Below, one piece after another: positions 49,301-59,176 of a stretch of DNA of 64,000 bases. The first letter of the stretch is position 1; every line of letters starts with the position of its first letter. The position numbers and the translations under genes are program-made. The notes beneath the pieces were generated by a model. The model was not told the DNA's origin, searched no databases, and was given only the letters and a program-made list of their open reading frames with translations. Source of the DNA: Protoeuglena noctilucae (Eukaryota); contig OY253681.1 of the NCBI GenBank assembly GCA_958009085.1, forward strand, positions 868,001-932,000, in the 5' to 3' direction.

Positions 49301-51215
49301 GCCCCCACTCTCCCACAGTGGTGCGCGACCAGGTCATGGCTCGCCGCTCCAAGCAGCGCACGCAGCAGATGATCGAGCTCTTCGTGGTGGGCCCCTTCGT
49401 CCTATGGGCGGCCGCGGCAGGCGCCCTCTACGGCGTCACCTGGACGCTGCAGTCCAACACCTCCGTCCGCCTCGAGCCCTCCCGCGTGGCGTACATCATG
49501 TCCGGGTACACGGCCAAGACCATGTGTAGCACCACGGACCTGGTCGTTGACACCATCAACCGCCTCAACGGCTCCCAGTGGGCCACGGCGTCGGGGCCGG
49601 TCAAGTGAGGCGCGGTGTTTGCATAGCACGTGACGCAGTAGCAGCAGCGGAGCGTTCAGTGCTTGCGTATTGTGTTTGGGAAGGTCATAGCAGCTCTCGC
49701 GCCCCTGCCGAGCCCAGCCTCACAGCCATCGCCCCTGCCCTGCCCCAGCACTGCCCGAGTGGTGCTGATAAAGTCACAGAGCGGCTCGCGTTTAGCGTCT
49801 GCGATGCTTGAGTCTCTTCGTCACACCGCAGGAGCCGCCTGGCGATCAACCAGGCCGTGGTGGAGAGCGCCGTGGAGGCCCTCATCTGGGGCAACAAGAC
49901 CTTCATGGGCCAGTACAACGTCCCCGGGGGCACCGTCGTCTTCAACCCGGTCCTCCGCGACATCTACTTCACCCACCAATGCTTCAGCGTGAGTGGAGAG
50001 GGCAGGCTTGAGCGAGCTCTCTTAGCGACCGCCTCGGCTGGGAATGCCAAGCCGCCCTAGTGATCGTCAGTACAAGCACTACGGCAACCAACGAGACGAA
50101 CATGACTCATTCATGCGCGTTCTTCGCCCCTCACGCATCCCCCCTGCTCCCCGCTCCTGGATCTGCAGGAGATCCAGTGCGTGCCCGAGACGGACCCCTC
50201 GTGGCCGTCCGTGGGCCGCGGCTACTTCGCCATCATGAGCCGGTTCATCGACCAGGCCAGCGCGCTGCCGGACGACCGCGACGTCGACCTCACCGTCAAC
50301 AACGTCAGGCGAGGCGCACACGCTGGCGCACACTGGCGGCGTGGGCATTGCACCGTGTGCGATCGGCTGCGTGTCTTCTACAGGCATCGTGCCATCCTCT
50401 GTGCTGCTTAGACACCAAGTCACCTTGGCAGCGCCCGCCGGTGTCCATCGCCTCAACTGCGGACACACTTCGCGTTCGCCCCACCACCCGCACCCGTGCC
50501 CACCCTTGCCGCTGCTGTCCTCCTCCCCCAGGTACCAGTTCCTGCAGGCCAACGGCGACGACTCGATCCGCGTGGCCCAGGCCCGCATCCAGGCCAGCAC
50601 CAACACCGTCAACGCCACCATCACCACCATCGTCGCCCTCCATGTCCTCCTCCTCGTCGGCACCATCGCGTCGGGCGTGTGGTGAGCGCGCATGCGATGC
50701 ATTGCGTGGACCTGCACCAGCCCAGTGCGAGGGTAGCGCTGGGCGAATCGTGGCACTCACACACTTGTCGGCGCGCCCTGCACGGTCAATCTACTTCACC
50801 GCCCACGCCTCCCCCGCAGCTTCACGGTGTTCCTGCTGCGCCCCCTGCGCCGCCTGCTCGCGATGGAGTCCATGCGGCTGTCGCACCTGATGGCCGAGCT
50901 GCCCAAGGAGCTGGCCATTGAGGAGGCGGTGGTGGCGCTGGTCGAGGAGATCGTCAGCAGCGGGCATCAGGAGGACGCCCTCATGGACATGGCGCACGAC
51001 GGGGCTCCCAGGGAGGGCGCGGATGGGGCCAAGGTGAGCAAGTTAGAGGGGGCGAGAGGGGCGGAGGGACCGACACCCTGCCGAGCAGCACCGGCAGCAG
51101 AGGAACTAAGAGCAAAGAGCAGTCACTTGCGATGGCTTGGTTGATTACACTTCGATCCCCCATCCCTTCGCAGGACGGCCAGGCGGGCGAGGCCGCCGAC
51201 GAAAAGCACAAGTGA
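40337..51215 (+). CDS. large multi-pass membrane protein with tandem PAS domains (TmcB/TmcC-like, FixL-like PAS), ~25 exons
   Basis: N-terminal hydrophobic helices (41500-42120), PKLLQ|MYGKFLEDL segment, canonical PAS DSVVVIDPEGVINFTN..LFGYKRGELVGRNVSTLMPQPFSQQHDRFVKNY..TG, several degenerate PAS-like repeats (44045-45640), then four C-terminal TM segments. Stop TGA 51213-51215; start may be 40337 or 40367. Confidence 0.85.
47711..47930 (+). repeat. perfect 100-bp AT-rich tandem repeat (2.2 copies) spanning a 3' splice site
   Basis: 47711-47810 is identical to 47811-47910. CAGGACATCGTGGACATGAA occurs at 47711, 47811 and 47911. Confidence 0.95.
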
Positions 51216-51592
51216 CGGCGCAGGCGCCGATCGGTTTTTCTCCCCGCCGTCGTGCATGACTGAGTCATGAGTTGCGCGACTTGCCAGTTTTGCTCTTTGT
51301 CTAAGTCTTTTTAGACTCTATAACCCTATGGCCGTCCGTCGTGGTCCTTTCCTTTTGAAAACGTTCCGTGCCTGCAAGAAACGACCTTTCTTGCGCTTTT
51401 GAAGATGAGACCGGCTACCAGGAGACCGCGAGATTGTTTGTCGCGTGTCTCGGACGCGCTGGCGTATAAGAGGCACTTACTCAGAGTGTGTTCGCACGCG
51501 ACGCGAAAACACGAGACTTTGCCATGTCGCGACGATAGATTGCCAGGACCCTGGGGTCAATTACGCGTTTTCTACGCTACAGCAGTTTGGAC

Positions 51593-54500
51593 ATGTCCGG
51601 CGAGGGGGACGGGGAGGGCCCGGGAGGCGCCCCACAGTCCTCCGGCTTTGTTCACGGGGCGAGCTTCGACTTCACGGCGCATCTGCGTGCGAAGAGTGCC
51701 GTGCAGGCGGAGGAGGGCAAAAGCGCGCTGCGTCGGGCCGTCGAGGCGGGCGAGGACCTCTTCGGCAGCGACAGCGAAGGGAGCGATGCGGTTCCACCGT
51801 CCCGCGAGGCGCCGGGAGACCAGGAATGCGCGCCCGAAGATGGGCGCGATGCAGATTCGCTGCGAAGGGACGAGCGTGGCAAGCGACGTCGCGAGGAGTC
51901 CCGCCAGGGAGACCGCCGCAGGGGATCCAAGCGCCGCGACCGTCGCAGCGTGAGCCCCAGGGAGCGAACCGCGCGGGATCGGGGCAAGCGCGGGGGCGAC
52001 CAAGTTCGTGACCCCGCCAGCGCTCTCCCTGAGGACCTTCGCCGGATGCTCGCGGCGTCCCGGGCCGCGGAGTCCCGGGGCCCTGGCATGCGAGTGGGGA
52101 CCGTCACAGGATGGGCGGGAGACGAGTGGGGCCCTGCCGAGACGTGGTTCGAGGACAGACACGCCGATCGCGACATCACCTTCTACCTCTCGCTGTACCG
52201 GTGAGCGTGGAGTGGCTTTTAATTCGTGCTTCTTGCGATGCATCGTTTCTGCGCGATGCGACGTGCCGGCCGCCCTTTCCCGCAGCGGCGACGTGCCCGC
52301 ATACAGGCGCATGGATCCGGGTGGCGTTGCGCGCGCGAGTCCCGGCGGGGAAGCGGCCGGCGGGCGTGGAAGGGCCGACGAGGACCGTACCTCTTTGCGA
52401 TACTTCGCGCCGGGCATCCTTCGGCGAGAGGCGGACAATGCGTCGTATCGCGTGCCGCTGTGGCGTCGCGGTGGCGGCGGGCGCGGGCAGGGCGGGCGTG
52501 ACGTGCCATGGGCGGACGTGCTGCCAACAGACGCGTCCATTTTCGTGGGCCGGGGGGGCGCAGTGGGGCTGAGAGGCGGCGCAGCGGCGGCGGAGGGGGC
52601 ATCGCAGTCGATTGCGGAGGATTGGGTGCCCCTGGTGCCGGGGGCGATGCCGCGTGGGCGGCGGGCGGGGCTGGGAGCATCGAGGATTGGGGATGGGGGC
52701 GGTGGGGAGGGTGATGGGGAGACGGTGGTGGGGGCTTTGATGCGGGAGACACGGGAGCTGAACGCGGAGGTGGCGGGTGAGTCACGGGGGTGGGTGGCTT
52801 CGGGGTGGGGTAAGCACAGGCGTGGGCGTGCGGTGTGGGTGGCACGACAGCCTCGTCATCCCTGGTCGGTTGTTTTCCGTGCTTTCTACGTTCAACTTTG
52901 GCCCTGCGTCGGTCACTCGCAGCCCATTCCGGCGACGTGCACGCGTGGCTGCGCCTGGTGAGGTTCCAGGAGAGGGCGGCGGCAGCCTTGCACCCGCGGG
53001 GAGGGGCGGCGCTGAGGAGAGCGGTGGCCGAGAAGCAACTGGCGATACTGAGAAAGGCATTGGAGGCGAACGGGTGAGCGGGAGTGGCGTGGCTAGGGGT
53101 GGGGGCAGGTGGTGGGGACGAGGGGCGGTGAGGTCGGGTGCAGTTGCCGTCAGTGCCATTGCTTGTAACAACACCCGAACGTCAATACTAGCACCAACGC
53201 TGATAGCAATGGAGGTGTATCACATGTATTCCTCACCCGCACCCCTCCCAGTGACTCGGAGGCCCTTGCGTTGGCGGTGATGAGGGCAGCAGCTGAGGTC
53301 AGCACCCCCGCGTCCCTGGAGCGGCGGTGGGGGAGCGTGCTGGCGGACATGCCGCAGTCGCTGGCCCTGTGGAGGGAGTACCTCGCATTCAAACGGGGGA
53401 GGTTCGGGGACTTCGACATCCACGCGCTCAGGTGGGGGGGCGGATGGGTAATCGGGTGCGGGGGGGACTTGTTGCATAAGTTGCGTGTGCATGTGGGGTG
53501 GGGTGTGTGCGCACGTTGCAAATACCTTTGCAGAGATGCCTGTCGCTCTTCACCCTTCCCTGCCACCCTCACCCCCCACCCCACCCCACCCCTACTCCCC
53601 ACTCACCCCACCCCCACCACACTCGCAGGGACGTCTATCGCTCGGCCCTCGCCACCCTAGACGCCCGCCGCGGCTCCCTCCTCCGCTCCCTGGGCCTCGA
53701 TTCCCGCGTGCACGTCACTGCCGGGCTGGGCCCTGCGATGGAGGGGGGCGAGGTGGCGCGCATGCGGGCGGCATGTGAGGGGACCGAGAGGGTCATAGCG
53801 GAGGTGGTGGCGGGGGCGGTGGCATTGGAAATGGAGGCGGGGCACTTGGAGGTGAGATGAACATGGATGTGTGGGATTGATGGGTGACAGTGGGTGACAC
53901 CACAAGTGATCATGAGTGACCATCAGTGACGATACTATCGCCGTGCCTTCCCAACCCGCTGTCTTAACTCACACCTCACATTTCTCCACTCCCGCAGCGC
54001 GCCACCGTCGCCGTGCAGTGCGTCTTGGAGTACACCCTCCGTCCCCCCCCCCTCCCGCCCCTCACAAGCGAGTCCCAGAAACGCTCCCATTTCAGGTCGC
54101 TGTTCGATTCCGGGGAGCCCCTCTTTGGGGAGGAAAAGGCGCCGGGGTGGGCCCGGTGGGCGCTGGGCGGCAGGGCGGAGGGGGGCTCCAACCAGGGTGG
54201 GGCGGGGGAGGGCGAAACGCCAGAGCCTGCGCCGGAAACGGCGGAGGACCGGGGGGGATGGACCGGGTGGAGGGATCTGTCGGAGTTTGGGGGAGTGAAG
54301 GAGTTTGAGAGCATGGGGGTGAACTTCGCTCTGCTGAGGAGGGAGGAGGAGGGGGGGCGGGGCGGGGGAGGGTGGGGATGGGGGCGATGAGAAGGAGGAG
54401 GGGAGGGATGGGGATGAGGAGATATTGGGTGAGGGGGGAGGGATAGGGATGAGAGGTTGCTGGGATATGCAGCTTTCCGATGTTTTTGGCTCTTGCGTCG

Positions 54501-57361
54501 CTCCCTTCCCTCTCCCTGCACCGTCGACCGTCGCTTGCGAACACAGACTGAGGCATGCATGCATTCACTCTTACTGATACCGCAACCAGTCGCTCTCTAT
54601 TTGTTTTCACTTTCCCGCAGCGATGATCCGAGAGATGGCCGAGGAGGACATCCGTGCGAGGGTGACGAGGGAGGTGGAGGGGGGGCTGGGGGGAGCGGGG
54701 GGGGCGATGACGGCGGCTGCGATGCGGCGGTGGCTGAGGATGGAGAGGGAACGCACGCGGGAGAGGTGGAGGGCGGTGAGGGGGGAGTTGAGAGCACGGG
54801 CTGTGGTGGGAGCATGTGTGCTGGCATGTCGAACCTGTGGCATGGTAAGCCAATTCATCGTCACTGTTACTAGTTCTGCAATGTCCTCTCGCAACCTCTC
54901 CAATTACAATAACCAATCACGACCCCACTCGTCACCTCACTCGCCACCACCCAACAGGCCCCTCCACCCCCGCAGCCACGCCCCACTCCCACTCCTGCCG
55001 ACTCGGACCCACCCGGCCCAGTCCCCTTTGAGGACATCTCCCCACTCCTCTACTCCTTCGCATGCCCTGCTGTGTGTCGCCAACTGGCCCTCGCCCTCCT
55101 GGCCTTGCTAGGGGCACCCACCCTCGATCCCACCCACGCCCTCCCACTCCTCCACCCCCTCCGCCGCCCATCCGTTACTGTTGTTTCAAACGCGGCAGCC
55201 ATCGCACGCTCCGTCGACGTCCCCTGGCATCGGTCGGCGCCCGGCCGTGCAGCGTTTCTGGCGTCTGCTGCCAAGGAGGTGGCGGGGAGCGGGGCGGGGG
55301 AGGGTGCGGCGGCGGTGGGGGGCGCGGTGGCGCTGCTGCACGCGGGGCATGGCGCGGATGACGATGGGGTGGAGGAGGCGGGTGCGTTGGGGCCGGCGGG
55401 GGTGGGTGGGGCTGCACCACCGGTGTGGATGGCGTGTGGGTCGTGCGGGGCGGGGCTGGGCGAGCCGGGGTCGGTGCGCGGCAACGCGGGCGTGGCGGCG
55501 CAGCTGTCGGGCGGCGGCGCGGCGGCGGTGGCTGCGTTCCTGTCCACTCGTGGGGCGGACCCGGTGCCCTTTGTGGCGCTGGCGGAGTGGGAGGCGGCGA
55601 TGGGGCGCGACAAGGCGGCGAGGAAGGCATTCAAAGCGACGCTGGCGGGGGCGGCGCAGGTGGGGGTTGCGGGGTGGGAGTGTGACGTGAGGTGGTGGTA
55701 GTGGAGAGGGCTGCGATGGGGTGGGGGCGTGACGTGAGGTGAAGTGGTGGTAGTGGAGAGGGCAGTGGTGGTGTAATATCCCTCGCTTCCCTTCTCATTC
55801 GCAGATTCCCCTGCTCACGCGGCCAGTCGGCGCCCCCGCCTCGGCTCCCCCGGCCCTCGACAGCCGCCCCGCCGATGTCGTGCTCAACTACGCATGGGGT
55901 GAGCTCCACGCGGCCCTCGCCGCCCTCGCCGAGGGCACCGCGGACGCCGCAGACCGCGCCGCGACGCGCGTCCGGGCCGCCCGCGACGCCCTCGCGCGAC
56001 TGGGAATGTCTGCCGCCGCACACGCACCTACAATGGCCACCGCAACCCAGCACAGCGCCACCCCTGATCCCGACGCCTGGCCCAGCGCCCGGCGGGGCTT
56101 CCAGGCCGTCGTTCCCTGCGCCGTGGCCTCGCTGACAACCGCGGGGTTCGATCCCGCGACCTGTTGCTGGCCCATGTGTGCCGCTCTGGGCGACGCACTC
56201 CACGGCCACCTCCATCCCGCCCGTGCGCTGTTGCACAATGTTCTGGGGTCGTTGCGCGACCCCGGACGCACCGCCGCGTCCCTCACGGGCGACCTGCCCC
56301 TATCCCTGGCCCTGGCCTCTCCCGGTGCCCTTCCCTCCTTTGCGCCACTTCGCGTCGACGACGGCTCTGCCTCCGCACCCCACGCCGCCGCCCGGCTCAT
56401 GTCCGCGTGGTGGTGCGAGGCGCTGTGCTTTCTGGAATCTGCCGGGAGGGGCGGGGTCGCTGCGACTCTGGGCTTGCCTGCCGTGAGCCTGGGGCAGGCG
56501 AGAGGGGCGGTGGTGGCGGCGCTGGGGCTGGATCCAAGCAACCCCCGGCTGCTGCAGCTGCTGTGCGGGATCGAGGCGGCGGGGATGACGCACAGCCGGC
56601 TGCGGCGGGGGGTGGGGCTGGTGCTGGCGAGGGTGCGGGAGCGGCAGTGGGTGGAGGCGGGGCGCGGGTGGGCGGAGGGGCCACTGCTGCGTGCTGCCGT
56701 GCGCGCTGAGGCGAGGGTGCCCGGCTCCCATCACCGGTGAGATAAATGGATGGTGGTGGTGGGGTGGCATGGTGTGCGTTTATACACTATATGGCTTTGC
56801 TTACAGTGTCCCTATACGCACGACCGATTAACTACCACCCATCGACATCAACGCTTCCTTGCTTGTTCCCCAGGGTCCGCGGTCTCTTCGAGGAGGCGCT
56901 GTCGAGTCCCGCGTGTGCCCAGGACTGGCGGTGGTGGGCTGACTACCTTGCATTCGAGGCCGGGAGGGGCCAGGCCGACATGGCCCGCCGCGTGTTCCTG
57001 CGCGGAGTCAGCGCCTGCCCGTGGAGCAAGCCGCTGTGGATGAACGGGCTCAGGTGAGGGGCACATCTGCGTATACTGACGGGATACTGAGGCTCGCAAT
57101 CTAATTACTTGGCATGGACGTATGGCAGCAGTGCTACCGACACACCCCATGCTCCTCAACCCTTGTTGCACCCACTCCCACCCCCACTCCCATCCCCATT
57201 CCCCCAGTCTCCTCCTGCACCCCCCCGGCGGCGGTGACCCCTGGATCGCCCCCTCTGAGGCGGGCAGCCTGGTCGACATGATGGCCGAGCGCGGGGTGGA
57301 GGTTCACGTGGACGTATACGAGGCGATACTGGCCGAGATGGACAGCGAAGGGGCAGTCTAG
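51593..57361 (+). CDS. NRDE2: NRDE2-like (nuclear RNAi/exosome and splicing-associated HAT-repeat protein); apparent frameshift near 54315-54361
   Basis: WFEDRHADRDITFYLSLYR|..DVPAYRR, TRELN..DVHAWLRLVRFQE, EKQLAILRKALEAN, LWREYLAF, EAGHLE|RATVAVQCVLEY, FDSGEPLFGEEKAPGW, ARRVFLRGVSACPWSKPLW, HVDVYEAIL. Confidence 0.9.
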
Positions 57362-57505
57362 ATGGCAGACGTGGCATGGCATGGGGTGCATTCGCAGACG
57401 TGGCTGTGTGTTCAAACGCTCGACCCGTTCCATAGCACACAACGTGTGCCGCTAGTGTGTGAACACGTCACAGACACACCCCATGTAGAATGCTGCTAAC
57501 AGTGG

Positions 57506-58711
57506 TTATAACCACTCGTCTTCGTCTTTCCCGTGCCCCTCCGTAATGACCCGGCCTTCCAGTCTCGACTGGGGCAGCCACCGGTACGGCAGTGGCACTG
57601 TCACAAGGCCCACTCCCGGCACCTCCACTGCCGCCGCGTCCAGATTCCAAGACCACTGCCACGGCCGCCAGGACCAGGGACGGTACCAGTCCTCCCCCGG
57701 GCCCAGCCTGCAGGTGTAACGAGCGTGGCAGCCTTGAGGCTTGACGGTGGTAGCATGGTGGGTGCTGGGCAAGCGTGGGTGCAGTGCAGTCGCTCGACAC
57801 CTCGCACTGCCCGGTCTCTCACCTGATGAGACGCCACACCAATGCCAATGCTCACCTGATGAGAGGCCACACCACGGCCAGGGCTCTCCCCTCCACCAGG
57901 GACCCCGGGATGGCACCGTACGAAGACCGGGAGTCCAGAGAGTGACCCGCGTTGTCGCCCTCCACCCACACCTGCCCCGCGCCCACGTGAGCCGGCATCA
58001 GCCTCCCCGGCACGCCCAGCACGTCCCCGTCCAGACCCACCACGCGCTTCACCACGTTCTCGCCCACGCGCCGCGGGGAGCGCATCACCACCACGTCTCC
58101 CCTGCGCGAGGAGGGACAAATTTGATCCAGAACGACAGAGCGGGGATAGATGCACCGGAAGCTGGCGATGGCGGAGCCCAGCGGACGCGCCGTGCGCGAC
58201 TCGCCTCTGCCAAACACGGTCACGGCCCGTCAAGGCCCTCCAGAGGGGCGCGGTGAGGAGACTCACGCCGACCCTCTCCACGACGATGATCTCGCGGTCA
58301 TGAAGTGTCGGAAGCATCGACGAGCCCTGCACATGGCTGAGCTGCGGGGCCAGGGAATGCACGGAAAGGCTGTGTGGGGCAGCCAGGGGCAGCCGGCCGC
58401 GATGCTCGCGCCGGAAGGACTGCAGACGAATGACTTACAGTGTACGTTACATGCTCGTCTCGTCGCTTTGCTCCCTTAGCCACGCAAGCCGGCGAAAAGT
58501 GGCTGGCCTGGGCACGCACCTGCGCAGTGTGGCTGAGAATGAAGGACGCGATGGCGAAAGAGCTCAGGACATCGAGGAGAGTCGAACCTGTGCGCTTCCT
58601 GGATTGGTTCCCCTCATCCAAGGGTCGCGGCGAGGCAAATCCGCGGGCTGCGTCCGGTCGCGTCTCCCAAACTTGCACGCGCCACGCAGCGCGCCACGCC
58701 CCGCGGGCCAT
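57506..58711 (-). CDS. mitochondrial inner membrane protease subunit (IMP1/IMP2, peptidase S26), 4 exons
   Basis: QGSSMLPTL (catalytic Ser), QR|GDVVVMRSP, VVKRV (catalytic Lys), VWVEGDN..SLDSR.SYGAIP..LVEGR..VVWP. Confidence 0.92.
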
Positions 58712-59176
58712 TGGCCTCTCAGGTCGTCATATCCGACAGACGGCGCCCTGCGGCTTAGGCAGGGGCGCTGGTGACGCTCTGCGAGCTCGAAGCGCCCTTC
58801 AAGGCTTCAGCGAAGCGCAGCTGGCACATCGCTCGCTGGCACGTCGGCCCGCTTGCGAAACACAGGCGCTCGATCGCTGGCGGCACACCCCGTGTTCGTT
58901 GAGACCCAGGCGGGACGCCGCGCGGCCCCGTCTTTTCCGAGCGTGGGCTGCACTTGGCGTTGCGCGCCGTGTGCCTCCTCCCATGGACCTCCGCCGCGCT
59001 CCGGTCTGTCGCGAGCTAGCTATCCCGATTTAGTCTCGGTCTCGAGCAGAGCGCCTGTCTAATCCTCGCGGCGTTGCTGCCCGCGCCAGGGCCGCAGCGT
59101 CCGGCGCATTGGCATTGCTCCTGGCGCGGCTCATGGACCCTTCCACGCAACGGGGGGCTAGATAGCGGCGGTTGCG

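Noticed and set aside
55680..55765. Direct repeat GTGACGTGAGGT..GGTAGTGGAGAGGGC in an NRDE2 intron (similar case at 48549-48634)
   Set aside because: Intron-internal duplications that include little or no exon sequence, so not counted as junction echoes. They are useful as background for that test.
21386..57361. Functional silencing cluster (SRA protein plus NRDE2)
   Set aside because: The genes are 26 kb apart with unrelated housekeeping genes between them; no evidence of co-regulation.
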